DNA of 60,246 bases, filler included, from Sphacelaria rigidula (GCA_964200075.2; 10 parts of 10 records of this genome joined end to end with filler, not necessarily neighbours in it); one strand, 5' to 3'; positions 36,651 to 48,316 are shown, numbered from the whole stretch's first letter. Translations and numbers: made by a program. Notes: a model not told the origin generated them from the sequence alone.

Positions 36651-37400
36651 CACAGGATAGCGCTAGGGGCGCATCTGTATAACTGGCAAGAGATGATGCG
36701 TTGTATGAGTCAAAACAGTGATGGTCCAAAGTCAGGTTGCAAAGGGGAGACTGGTCTTTCGATTTGGAATGCTTGTACATCACTGTTTTTCTGGCTGCCA
36801 GTTGGACATGTGTCAGCGCGGAATGTAACGTTGCCGATTCATTGGGGTACGGCGGAGAATGTAGCATGATGAGAACCTCCACAAGCTGAGCTTCAATTTC
36901 GACGATGGTGGCCCTTTGCGCGGTGTATTATGTTTTCCACGGCTGCTCTGACGGCTGCTTAGGAAACCACTTTCATCGTGCTCTTTTCCAGCTTCTGCAT
37001 ATAGTATGTACTTTCACATCACAACTGAGGGCTGTTTCGGTGCCCCTCTGGAGGAGTGAGTCACTATACTGACCAAGAAACCCGCATTCCTCCGATATGT
37101 TTTCTTCACCAGACGGTTGACACTTTTCTCCATTTCATGCATGATGAGGTGTGGGATCTTGAACTGTCTGTAAGTTTCAACTTCTCTCAGCTTGTGTGGG
37201 CTGGGATGAGGTAAAATCATCCTATACACCTCTTTCTTTCGCTCGCTACATGGTGGGGAATGACAAGGTCGTGCATTCGCAGGTTGGGTAACTTATTTGT
37301 TAGTGCTCTTTCGAATCACCGCGTGTCCAGAGGTTGGCCTGCTTGATTAATTGCCGTGCCTTTCGCGCGATGGCGGTGAAAGGTTGGTTGATAGGTGTGG

Positions 37401-37593
37401 TTTCGCTGTTTTAAAATGAGCCACTCTGGTGACATATGATGCACGCTGACGAGACTAATTTCGCGTTTTCGCTGTTTGACTAGTCCAACAGGTGACATAT
37501 ACTGCACCCTGAGGAGTCTAACTTCGCGTTTAGCTCTTTAACTAGTCATGCGGGTGACATAAAAATGCATATTGAGGGGGCTAATTTCGCGTT
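37401..37593. repeat. Three degenerate ~63-nt tandem repeats
   Basis: GGTGACATA...TGCA...TGA.G.G.CTAA.TTCGCGTT three times; lies upstream of the protease remnant, possibly a retroelement leader. Confidence 0.75.
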
Positions 37594-38949
37594 GACCCAA
37601 ACACCTGACTTCAATACCCTCTCAACTCGAACAATCATGCACATGGCCCATGCGTTTCACCTGAAGTAACGTTCCTTGGAGGACCCTAGTGTTTCCGGTG
37701 TCGGGGAGCAGTTGGTTCTCGTTCCAATATTTTACCTCTAAGGCCTGCCTTCCTGAGTTCTGTTCCGGTGTCGCCAGTGTGAGGAAGGCGTACCGCTAGA
37801 GTAGTCAGAGACCTACGGAGGGAGACTGCCGTTCTGATGCCGAAGGAACTCCGAGGCTGGCGATGATTTCCTCTAGTATATGTAGGCAAGAAGTGGGATC
37901 AGGCTAGAAGTTGTCGCCAGAGGCGACCAAGACCTCGGGGGACACCGTCCTACTATAAGACTCATTCTTGGCGTCACCCCGAGTTGTCTAGTTACGTCGG
38001 CATTACAGGGTCCTCGGTAATCTGGTCCTTCCGGACCGTTCCCACCTTGTCCCTGCTTGCGCTAGTTCTTCATACATGTGTGGCATCAGTCTCTGATATG
38101 TCACTGCAAAGAGATATCCTCCACAGTTCATGATATATCAAAAAGGTTCACGTTATCAAATCCCCCCACCCCCGGATTCTTTTCGTGACCATAGCACTTG
38201 GTCGGAAGCGTTTGCAATCACACCAAAACTGGACTCAGACGAAGAAATAGTTCAAACTGGGTCAGCCGTGATGTTAGAAATCGAAGCGAATACGATCAAA
38301 TTCGGACAGAAGCTACGGATGCACATGTTGTGTCAGAAGATCTACATGATGGTGTAGTACGAAACCATGAAAGAAGGATCGGACCGCAAAATGATCCACA
38401 CGGTGGTGCCGTACAAAGCAATCCATGAATGGTCGAGCCGAAAGAAGATCCACATTACGGTGCAGTGCGATAGAGTCCAAAAATGGTTGGATCGAAATTC
38501 CTACGTAGAATTCAAACCACGAGCCTGAATGTCGAACGGTTTCCGACCCGCGCAAGCTACTTTTACGCAAAATGATCTCCAGCTAATTCGTTCACTTTAA
38601 GTATCATAAAATGCTTAGTGAAGCACACCGACCATTAACGATTGCAAGATCATATATCTCCTCAAAACAATCACTGCAACCAGGCAGTAGTCACATGAGG
38701 GCATTCTCATTTAAAGCCGTTGGGTCAAAAGACTCATTCAGAATCAGAATGACGCGAAGCTTGATCCTACTGACAAGCTGGAGCTGTCAACAAACACTTG
38801 AGATGACCACATTCGAAGCATTCCATTCTTCAAAATCTTCTCCGGCCTCTGCATTTTTTTCTGGCCATAAGCGTCGACCGCATCTCCGTGCTCCTGCCCA
38901 ATTCACCCGCACTCAGTATTCTAGGGTCTCTCTGCCCTCTTGGTACCCC

Positions 38950-39900
38950 ATAGTCGATCGCATCAGCGTGTCTCCGCGTCCCCCTGCTCCATTCAACCGG
39001 CATCAGCGACGCCAGGTGTAAGATGCCTTGCCGACAGAGTCGTCAGCAGCGGCATCGGCGACTATGCTGTTGGTGGTGTTGCTGGCAGAGTCGGCGTGCG
39101 TCCGCGGCCCCCTGATCCATTCGCCCGGCACCGACGACGCCACGCGTGAGAAGGTGTTGTCGACGGAGTCGACGGTAGCAGCAGCGGTGCCTAATGTGCT
39201 GTTGGCGGTGTTGTCGGCAGAGTCAGCAGCAATGGTATCGGCTGCGGAATCACCGGTGGTGATATTGATGAAGGCGACGGCAACGGCGGCGGCGGCGGTG
39301 GCGGCTCGAGTCTTACCCTTTCCTTTGTTGGCAGTGGCGACGTCGTCGGCGAAATAGGTGGTAGCGGCAGCGGGACTGTTGTGCTATCGGGGACGGTACA
39401 GATGAAGTCGGCAGCAGTTGCACCGGACTCCGTGTCGTCTGCGATGGTATCGATAAGGTCGGCTGCAATAGCAGTGGTGGTGATGTTGTCGTGGTACCGA
39501 TAAAGTCGGCAGGGTATAAGGGAGCGGTAGCGGCTGAGATGTTGTTTGCGCGGTGGGTGGTAACGTCGGCGGCTGTGGTATTATCAGCGATGGTACCGTT
39601 GAAGTCGGCAGAGAATGGGGAACCGGCAGCGGCTGCGATGTTGTCGGCGACGGTAGCGATGAAGTCGGCAGCAGTTGCGTCGGATTGTCGGCGATGGTGT
39701 CGATGAGGTCGGTCGCAACGGCAACGGCTGCGGACGCTCGGATACCACCACATCATGTGTTGGCGGCGACAGCGGCGTTATCGGTAAGGTCGACGGTAGC
39801 GGTGGCATCGGACTCGGGGTCGTCAACGGCGGCTGCGGTGTCGTTTTGGATTCTACCGCGTGATTTTGCCGCTGCGGGGATGTCGGCGGGTCGGCGACGG
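38950..39900. repeat. Degenerate GC-rich minisatellite / low-complexity region
   Basis: Recurrent GATGAAGTCGGCAGCAG and GATGTTGTCGGCGACGG units; minus frames read Ala/Thr/Asp-rich (AADFIGTIADN) but are frameshifted. Confidence 0.7.
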
Positions 39901-40149
39901 CACAAACTTCATTCCCCCCCTGCCGGCAAGCGGCATCGTCGGCGATAGCAGAAGTTGCACACGCGGGACAGCCCGCCCACAAGGTACACCGCTTGCCGAG
40001 AGAGCGGGCTGGACACAGACACCGAGGGGAGAAGATGCAACGCCTCCGGCGGAGATATTTGGTAAACCAATACGGGGAGAACAATGCAGAATATCTCTTT
40101 CTGACGCTAACGATGTGTTGACACTCGGGGACTCCACAGCGGAACAAGA

Positions 40150-40730
40150 ATCAACTTCGTTCGTAGAGGAACGAGACTGTTCAGTAGCAGAAGAAAAATC
40201 AGCTCCGCTCGTAGGTGAGCAAGACTTTACAGTAGAAGTAGAAACATCAGGTCCGCTACTCGATGTGGGGTGTAGGGCGACGAACGAAGCTTTACACACG
40301 TAGACGAATCAACTACGCTAGTGAGGGAAGGATGCTTGACAATGGAAGAAAAGTAAATTCCGCTCACAGGGGAACGAGACTTTAAAGTAACAGTAGAAAA
40401 AGCCAGCTCCTTTACTCGATGTGGAGGTGTCGGACGAAGGACAAAGCTTCACAGATAGATACGAGTCAACCCCGCTATTCCGCTCGTAGGGCAACAAGAC
40501 TCTACAGTAGCAGTAGAAAATTCAGCTCCGCTACTCGATGTGGGGGTGTAGGGCGAAGAATGAAGCTGTAAAGATCCAGGCGAATCAATTTCGCTACGGG
40601 GGAAAGCATGTTCCACAGTGGAAGAAAAATCAATTCCGCTCGGAGGGCAACAAGACTCATACTATAAGTAGTAGAAACATCAGCTCCGCGACTCGATGTG
40701 AGGGTGTAGGGCGAAGAACGAAGCTTCGGA
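40150..40730. repeat. About four degenerate 120-160-nt tandem repeats
   Basis: AGACT.TACAGTAG.AGTAGAAA..TCAGCTCCGC.ACTCGATGTG.GGGTGTAGGGCGA.GAACGAAGCT recurs at ~40222, 40377, 40497 and 40653. Confidence 0.85.
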
Positions 40731-40942
40731 GACGCAGAAGAAGCCTCAACGTCATTATCTGAATCGAGGGTAGAAGTAGGCCTGTCAGCGCTACGCGTGA
40801 CTGTAGCCAAACTGACTTCTGGGAGGGCGCAGGGCCAATTGGGACGAAGATCGAGGATCACGGCCAAGACATAAACTTTCATTCAATGAATGTGACCCAG
40901 TCGAGTTGAGGATGATATCGTGTTTCTTCTGTACGTGGCGAA

Positions 40943-41520
40943 GGTTGTAATGATGATTTTGCGTGCCGTGGTTATATGATCAATGACCTCACACCCCTAC
41001 AAAGCCGGGACGGGGCACGCCGGGTTTTCGCCGGACCAGGCTCGCACTCTAACCACCAAGCGGGGCGCGCCGTGATGAGCTCGGCGAGTCGCGTAAAGGA
41101 CACCCTGCATCCTGCTAAGATTGTTCGGCCCGAAGCGTCCTGATTGTCTCACATTTGGATGACAGCCTGCAATGAGGTGTTTCACTTTCTGGTATCGCCA
41201 CTTCCTGAGACAGCCACGGCTTGTACACTGCCTCATGGGTGTCTCACCATTTTAATAGTACGTAGTATGATCATCCCCTTTGCGCGAAATTGAGCTTCTC
41301 CCACCCTGCACAATATGATCTAGCTCGACCACCATCATGGTTACTGAAAACAAAATTGAAGCACGCAAAGAAAAGCGGTAACCTGGGAGCCTAGCTTACG
41401 CAGTGCGTGGCGCATTCTACTGCGTCACTGCCAAACAACTCCAACCCCGTAGGGGGTTCATCCTTACAAAGCCGGAATGGAGCTTGGAACATGTCGGGTT
41501 TTTGCCAAACCAGGCCGCAC
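40943..41520 (+). mobile_element. Family A long copy
   Basis: Colinear with 8791-9358, including the second CC.TACAAAGCCGG...CCAGGC repeat at ~41461. Confidence 0.9.
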
Positions 41521-41534
41521 GTGGTGAAGGGAGA

Positions 41535-41800
41535 AACAAATAAACTTGATACCTTCTGCGGAGTATACATCGGTCAACTGGACACAAAAATCTATGGAGG
41601 GAGCAGAAAGATCTGCAGAAGATCGCATATGGAATCTTAATGTCTGACGACCTACTGCCTTCACCGGAAATGTGGTTCCGTCGCCGATGACCATGTTCCC
41701 GATACCTCGAGGGGGGGGGGTCGTAAATCAAAAATATTTTGAACGCTCCCAGTGACATGGTTTGAATTCACTCCTCAGTACCGTTACCCCTACTTGATAG
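41535..41800 (-). pseudogene. Ty1/copia protease-region remnant
   Basis: VIGDGTTFPVKAVG..TLRFH....DFCVQLTDVY...GIKF fits the copia pol beta-barrel following the DSG motif; frameshifted. Confidence 0.6.
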
Positions 41801-42244
41801 ACTCTGCCTATGCAACAAAGCATTTCCACTCAAATCAATATTATCAAACTGAAAACGAGCCTCGCCTTCCGGCATGAGACGTGCCATGCATAGCTGGGGT
41901 GCTCCGACCGTTGTGACCCCTCGGCAGGAGGTGCTAAAGTAGCAGGGGGGGCTGCGGCTTGATGGTCTTGCTGTTGCGGGTCGTAATGCTGTTGTGCATG
42001 GTTGGGGCAGTGGTACGTTGGTGCTTGGTGCAGGTAAATCGGTGTTGGATCTTGAATCGGATGGTCGTAGAGCCATCCTACGATAGGGGTAGGGGTATTT
42101 TGGGGGCATTTGTTGCTCGAAATTTCGAGTCAGATCGTCGTTGANNNNNNNNNNNNNNNNNNNNNNNNNNNNNNNNNNNNNNNNNNNNTTAATTAATTAA
42201 NNNNNNNNNNNNNNNNNNNNNNNNNNNNNNNNNNNNNNNNNNNN

Positions 42245-42900
42245 CCTGAATCTTTGCATAGATATGCTGTGTATCATTACGCAACTTTCGACGGACGATG
42301 TTTTTTGTTTTTCTTGAGTTTTTCACCGTTTTTCGGGGGTCTGACGGGATCGAAGTCGTTTTCCGAGGTAGTCTCCATCCTGGGACCCCAGAAAAACGGC
42401 ACTACGACATTCATTTTTTCAGTTTTTCGCAAACTATGTGCCTCCGCTTAACCCAAGGATGGGCTCCACAATGTTTCGTCGCAAAAATCGATCAAATGAT
42501 GCTTAAATATCCATGTTCACGTCAAAGAAGGCCCAAGAACGCCGTTTTGTTACTAAAATCAAGTAGTTTGCGGTTTCACTGCGGTACGGCAAACTTCATC
42601 GCACAAAGGCCGAAAACCTCACGCCGTTTGAAGAAGCTAGACCCTGAAATTTTGCACTACTGTGCTTTGGGACATTACGCAACTTTGGATGGACGAGGTT
42701 TTTTTGTTTTGTTTCATGTGACCGTTTTGCGGGGGTCCGATTGGGTAGATGTTTCCCCCCAAAAAACTGGGACCCTCGAAAGTCGGTGAAAAAATTGAAG
42801 AAGTAAAAAAACCTCGACCTTCGGAAGTTGCGCAATCACCCATGGAACATTCGTGCAAAATTTCAGGGTCTAAGTCCTTAAAACGGCGTGAGATTTTGCC
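42245..42900. repeat. TE-like region with direct and inverted repeats
   Basis: CATTACGCAACTTT.GA.GGACGA.GTTTTTT at ~42275 and ~42673; CTCACGCCGTTT...TAGACCCTGAAATTTTGCAC (42618) is inverted to GTGCAAAATTTCAGGGTCTA...AAACGGCGTGAG (to 42892). Confidence 0.8.
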
Positions 42901-44215
42901 GATGAATGTTTTTTGGGTGATGAACGTGAACCAGCCTGTAGCGAGAAATAAGTCGATCTGAACCCCAAATATGGCATAGTGCAACTCAGTCCGCCTTCGG
43001 GGGGGTCGCTGTCCAAGGGTTAGGCTAGAAATATTTCTTCGTGAAATATTCTTGCCTCTCCAAATGTTAATTTGTCGTTTGCGCTTTGATCGATTTCCGA
43101 ATCAGTATTGTGCAGATATCTCCAAATGCAGGTGGGTACTCGTAGATCATGTGCGTCTCAAGATACGTCTGTATTCGATTGCTCGGCATGACTATGCAAC
43201 CGTGTTTCACGTTGTCTAGACACCCCACACGAGCCTCTCGACCAGCTACTCGGCTTCTTCAAGTCCGCGAATGCTGGGTTCATACAAGTAGGAAAAACAC
43301 CACACTGGAGAACAGCGTGCCAATATCGTTCATTCGCGCTACACCGCAGTGTAAAGCTCGACAATTCAACGTTTTTTTCAATAACACATTGGTTCCGTGC
43401 GCGGTGCTGACTCGAACGCTACCTCTCGGATCCTCCCATCTGTACTGTAGTACTCTCACTGGTGCTGTCCAAACTTGTAGAATTTTGTTGCCGTGCAATG
43501 AGTGCCCTTGGTACTCGACCGTGCAGTGATGCACACGGTTTGTCTGAAGCTCACTCCCGTACAATAGCTCTCTCTGCACAAATGCGGTGTCATGATCGAG
43601 CTACCAGCTCTCGTCTACGATGCACCGGGGCCGAATACGCTCAATGACGGTCTCAAGCTTCTGTACCCGTGGAAAACTATCAGCTACAGCAATCTGTTTG
43701 ACGAACCAGGAGGGCCTGGTGCTCATGTAGCAACTTTGACGCACAGCGCCTTGTCTATCGATTCCACTGATGTTCGCTGTTACTGTTTGGGTTAATTTTG
43801 TTTGTCGCGGGTCCAAACTGACGTTCGGGATTCTGTAGACAGTATTCCATGGTTTACATTCCCAGGACCTATCTCCCCAGCTGGTGGAATTTGGGTCTTA
43901 CCGGTTGTCACTCGAAAATACAGCTTCCCGTTACCCGGAATACGACCTCAGATTAAAAAAATTGTGCCGCGTTCCGTTTGCCACTCTTCCGTACACTTTC
44001 ACTATCAGGCAGCATGGGTTTCCTGGAGGCACTCACCGCGTGAGTCGTCCCAAGGACAGAGAACTCACTCTGATGGAGAACCATCGGGCACTGTATTAGT
44101 GGGGCATTGGATTCGAAACAAACAGTGTGTCACTACAGGCGATGGATCATAGATAGGGCTCATTTTTGTTTCCGTGACAAAGTCAAAGTAAGTGTAACAT
44201 ATACTGGGAGGGAAG

Positions 44216-47200
44216 ATGGCACAGACCAAGAGTAAAGCATGCTCCATCAAGGGCTGCTCCAAGCTGGCGTACTACGGGTTGATGGGAAGTGAGAAGACGG
44301 AATTCTGCAAAAAACATGCGAGGGTTGGGATGGTGAACATGTTGGGCAATAGGTGCTCCCACGAGGGCTGCATGAAGTGCCCATTGTATGGCTTGGAGGG
44401 CGGGAAGGCGGAGTTCTGCAGGGAGCACGCTGAAGACGGAATGATGAACGTGACGCACAAAAGGTGCTCCTCCGAAGGATGCCGCAAAAGACCGTATCAT
44501 GGGTTGGAGGGCAGCGGGAAGGCTGAGTTCTGCAGGCCGCACGCCAAAGCTGGGATGGTGAACTTGTTGAGGAAGAGGTGCTCCCACGATGGCTGCCATA
44601 AGCAGCCGTCGTACGGATCAATAGTTGACAGGGAGGCGAAGTTCTGTAGGCAGCACGCCAAGGATGGGATGGTGGACGTGAAATTCAGGAGTTGCTCCCA
44701 TGATGGCTGCACCAAGTTACCTTCGTTTGGGCTGAAAGGGAGCAAAAAAGCGGAGTTCTGCAAACAGCACGCCAGAGACGGGATGGTGGGTGTGAAAAAC
44801 AGGCTTTGCTCCCACGACGGCTGCAGCAAGCAGCCGTCGTACGGGCTGGAGGGCAGCGGGAAGGGGGAGTTCTGCAAGCCGCATGCCAAAGACGGGATGG
44901 TGAACGTGGTAACTAAGAGGTGCTCCCACGAGGGCTGCGCGAAGGCCCCTGTTTATGGGTTGGAGGGAAGCAAGAAAGCGGAGTTCTGCAAGCAGCACAC
45001 CAGAGACGGCATGGTGAACGTGAGAGAGAGGATATGCTGCCATGAAGGCTGCCCCAAGCTAGCTTCGTATGGATTGGAGGGTAGCAAGTCAGAGTTCTGC
45101 AAGCAGCACGTCAGAGACGGGATGGTGAACGTCGTGAACAAGGCGTGCTCCAGCGAGGGCTGCTACACGTTTCCGTCGTATGGCTTGGAAGGCAGCAGGA
45201 AGGCGGAGTTCTGCAAGAAGCACGCAAGAGACGGGATGGTGAACGTGGTGAGCAAGACGTGCTCCCTCGAGGGCTGCTACAGGCAGCCGACATATGGATG
45301 GGAGCGCAGCGGGAAGGCAGAGTACTGCAAGCAGCACGCGAATGACGGGATGGTGAACGTGAAAGGCAGATTATGCTCCCACGAGGGCTGCTCCAAGTCG
45401 CCATGGTACGGGTTTGAGGGCGGAAAGAAGAGGGAGTTTTGCAAGCAGCACGCCATGGATGGGATGGTGAGCGTGAAAGGCAGATTATGCTCCCACGAGG
45501 GCTGCTCCAAGTCGCCACGGTACGGGTTTGAGGGCAGCAAGAAGAGGGAGTTTTGCAAGGAGCACGCCATGAACGGGATGGTAAACTTGGTGAACAAGAC
45601 GTGCTCGCACGAAGGCTGCCACACGGTGTCGTCGTATGGCTCGGAGGGCAGCAGGAACAGGGAGTTCTGCAGGAAGCACGCAAGAGACGGAATGGTGAAC
45701 TTGAGGAAAAGATGCTGCCGCGAGGGCTGCTACAGGCAGCCGTTGTATGGATGGGAGCGCAGCGGGAAGGCAGAGTTCTGCAAGCAGCACGCGAATGACG
45801 GGATGGTGAACGTGAAAGGCAGAGTATGCTCCCACGAGGGCTGCTCTAAGCTGCCATTGTACGGGTCTGAGGGCAGCGGGAAGGCAGAGTTCTGCAAGCA
45901 GCACGCCATGAACGGGATGGTGAACGTGGTGAACAAGGCGTGCTCCAGCGAGGGCTGCGACACGTTTCCGTCGTATGGCCTGGAGGGCAGCAGTAAGGCG
46001 GAGTTCTGCAACAAGCACGCAAGAGACGGAATGGTGAGCGTGGTGAACAAAACGTGCTCCAGCGAGGGCTGCTACACGTTCCCGTCGTATGGATGGGAGC
46101 GCAGCGGGAAGGCAGAGTTCTGCAAGCAGCACGCGAATGACGGGATGGTGAACGTGAAACGCAGAGTATGCCCCCACAAGGGCTGCTCCAAGCTGCCATG
46201 GTATGGGTTTGAGGGCAGCGGGAAGGCAGAGTTCTGCAAGCAGCACGCCATGGACGGGATGGTGAACGTGGTGAACAAGACGTGCTCGCACGAAGGGTGC
46301 TACAAGATTCCGTCGTATGGCTTGAAGTCGAAAAGGAAGGTGGAGTTTTGTAAGCAGCATGCCGAGGCAGGGATGGTGAACGTGCGGGGCAGGTTGCGCT
46401 TCCACGAGGGCTGCGCGAAGACTCCAATTTATGGGTTGGAGGGCAGCAAGAACGCGGAGCTCTGCATCCAGCACGTCAGAGACGGAATGGCGACCGTGAA
46501 GGACAGGGCATGCTCCCATGGAGGTTTCTCCAAGCAGCCGTCGTTTGGATTCAGGGGCAGCAGCAAGGCGGAGTTCTGCGGGCAGTACGCCAAGGAAATG
46601 TGGAACGTGAAGACGTCCTCCACGCTTCCGTCGCACGGTTTGGAAGGCAGCGGGAACGCTGAGTTGTGCAAGCAACGACCCGGAGAGAGAATGACGGACG
46701 CTGTGCGCAAGAGATGCCTTCACGCGGACTGCATGGGGGAAAGGGTGCATGGCCTGGAGGGTAAGAAGGCGGAATTCTGCAGCCAGCACTCTGTAGACGG
46801 GGTGGTGGACGTGATGAACAAAATAAGTTCTCGAGAGTGCTACTCTAAGAGACCATCGCGTGGGTTGGAAGCCAATTGGGGGGGGTTCTTCGAGAAGCAA
46901 GCTATGAAGGGGTGGGAGCGCATTAGCGAGAAGTTCACCGATGAGGGCTGGACGACGCAGCCGTCGTATTTGGCAGAGGACGTTGGGGAGGTGGAGTTCT
47001 GCCTACAGCATACCACGGACGGGATGGCGGATGTGAACAAATGGTCTGGGTCGGAGAGAAACAGGACGGCCGAACTGTGCAAGGAACACCCCGAAAAAAT
47101 CACGGTAGGTGTAAAGGATGAGCAGCAAGTGCATCGAGGCCACTGCTTGGAGCAATTTCAGGGGCGGTCGGAGGTGGAACTGAAGTTTGCTCCTCAGGCT

Positions 47201-47479
47201 CGCAGTGGTCAAGATTTAGACATTTCGGGCACAGGCGGAAAGCGAAAGTCCTCGCCATCATCTCTACGTGCAACGAGCAGTGAACCTCCTGTGTGTCATG
47301 GTTCCAAGAAGGCCAGGCTAGGCCGCACGGGTGGTGTGTCGCGAATTTCCGTAGGAAATCCTTCACGCAGGTGTATCGTTGACGTGCCGTCTGCCGCAGT
47401 TGATGTGGCGTCCGTGAAGGCTGAGGTTTCGCTCCTAGATGGGAGTTCGATCGGGCTGTGCACTGCTGGATGTGATTGA
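44216..47479 (+). CDS. EsV-1-7 cysteine-rich repeat protein (1087 aa, single long exon)
   Basis: 19 repeats of ~38 aa with intact C-x4-C...C-x2-H (CSHEGCxKxPxYGxEGSxKAEFCKQHAxDGMVNV), about 6 degenerate repeats, then a basic tail (GGKRK, KKARL). Matches the EsV-1-7 family of phaeoviruses and brown algae. Confidence 0.93.
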   Translation: MAQTKSKACSIKGCSKLAYYGLMGSEKTEFCKKHARVGMVNMLGNRCSHEGCMKCPLYGLEGGKAEFCREHAEDGMMNVTHKRCSSEGCRKRPYHGLEGSGKAEFCRPHAKAGMVNLLRKRCSHDGCHKQPSYGSIVDREAKFCRQHAKDGMVDVKFRSCSHDGCTKLPSFGLKGSKKAEFCKQHARDGMVGVKNRLCSHDGCSKQPSYGLEGSGKGEFCKPHAKDGMVNVVTKRCSHEGCAKAPVYGLEGSKKAEFCKQHTRDGMVNVRERICCHEGCPKLASYGLEGSKSEFCKQHVRDGMVNVVNKACSSEGCYTFPSYGLEGSRKAEFCKKHARDGMVNVVSKTCSLEGCYRQPTYGWERSGKAEYCKQHANDGMVNVKGRLCSHEGCSKSPWYGFEGGKKREFCKQHAMDGMVSVKGRLCSHEGCSKSPRYGFEGSKKREFCKEHAMNGMVNLVNKTCSHEGCHTVSSYGSEGSRNREFCRKHARDGMVNLRKRCCREGCYRQPLYGWERSGKAEFCKQHANDGMVNVKGRVCSHEGCSKLPLYGSEGSGKAEFCKQHAMNGMVNVVNKACSSEGCDTFPSYGLEGSSKAEFCNKHARDGMVSVVNKTCSSEGCYTFPSYGWERSGKAEFCKQHANDGMVNVKRRVCPHKGCSKLPWYGFEGSGKAEFCKQHAMDGMVNVVNKTCSHEGCYKIPSYGLKSKRKVEFCKQHAEAGMVNVRGRLRFHEGCAKTPIYGLEGSKNAELCIQHVRDGMATVKDRACSHGGFSKQPSFGFRGSSKAEFCGQYAKEMWNVKTSSTLPSHGLEGSGNAELCKQRPGERMTDAVRKRCLHADCMGERVHGLEGKKAEFCSQHSVDGVVDVMNKISSRECYSKRPSRGLEANWGGFFEKQAMKGWERISEKFTDEGWTTQPSYLAEDVGEVEFCLQHTTDGMADVNKWSGSERNRTAELCKEHPEKITVGVKDEQQVHRGHCLEQFQGRSEVELKFAPQARSGQDLDISGTGGKRKSSPSSLRATSSEPPVCHGSKKARLGRTGGVSRISVGNPSRRCIVDVPSAAVDVASVKAEVSLLDGSSIGLCTAGCD

Positions 47480-47484
47480 CCACA

Positions 47485-47814
47485 CACGCGGCCATTTGGC
47501 TACACCCCAAAATGCCTCCGGAGAGATTCGCGGCCCTCCAAGGGGAAAACAAGCCTCCGGAGGCCTTTCAATCCTCTGTAGGGAACCGAACTCTACCGAC
47601 TTGGAGGGCCGCGCTCCCCTCCAGAGGAATTTGGGGGTGTGCGCGGCCCTCCAGAGGCAAAAGAAAGCCTCCGGAGGCGTTTCATCCCTCTGGAGGAAAC
47701 CAAAAAATCTCCTCTGGAGGGCCGCGCATCCCTCCGGAGGCATTTAATCCCTCTGGAGGCTCAAAAACGTTCACCCACCCGGAGGAATTTCGGGGGTAGC
47801 CAAATGGCCGCGTG
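47485..47814. mobile_element. MITE with 19-bp perfect TIRs and many internal CCTC(C/T)GGAGG motifs
   Basis: CACGCGGCCATTTGGCTAC ... GTAGCCAAATGGCCGCGTG. If extended to 47483-47816 it is flanked by a CA/CA 2-bp duplication (CACTA/EnSpm-like, tentative). Confidence 0.9.
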
Positions 47815-48278
47815 AGCAGTATTGTGCCTGTAACCACATCTTTTATCGACCGTATTACTGTAGAGACGACAGAATACAGCGCGATACGAGGAATAACATC
47901 GGTATCTATATTTAGGTACGAAGGTATTCGGAATATTTCAGTGCCCTAGCCTGACAGGGGAATAATCTACACCCGTCTGTTATTTTTTTTCTACCCATGA
48001 AAACAGCATGATAACTCGAGCAAACGAAAAAAAAATACAATTATGTGGTGACTTGGTCGCTTTCGGCGGATCACCCGAAGAAATCTACGATCCGACGGAA
48101 CTTTTCATACGTCGGACGAGCCATGACTCGTCAAGACGAGTGCACTCGTTGATGTTTTTCGAAAACACAACGAGCATGNNNNNNNNNNNNNNNNNNNNNN
48201 NNNNNNNNNNNNNNNNNNNNNNTTAATTAATTAANNNNNNNNNNNNNNNNNNNNNNNNNNNNNNNNNNNNNNNNNNNN

Positions 48279-48316
48279 AGAGGGTTACGAGGTTACCAAC
48301 TGAGCCACCGGGGCGA
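48279..48316 (-). mobile_element. tRNA-related 5' head (SINE or tRNA-like fragment), cut by the linker
   Basis: Minus strand GCCCCGGTGGCTCAGTTGGTAACC contains the Pol III A-box TGGCTCAGTTGG; the rest is missing. Confidence 0.5.

Noticed and set aside
37650..38124. Possible LTR upstream of the protease remnant
   Set aside because: TG..CA ends can be found, but there is no second copy, TSD or convincing PBS.
44240..46400. CRISPR-like periodicity (114 nt)
   Set aside because: In-frame protein-coding repeats with no unique spacers and no cas genes; eukaryotic context.
44183..46900. Long antisense and alternative-frame ORFs over the EsV-1-7 gene (e.g. 45485-46900 -, 471 aa)
   Set aside because: Shadows of a GC-rich repetitive coding strand with no independent motifs.
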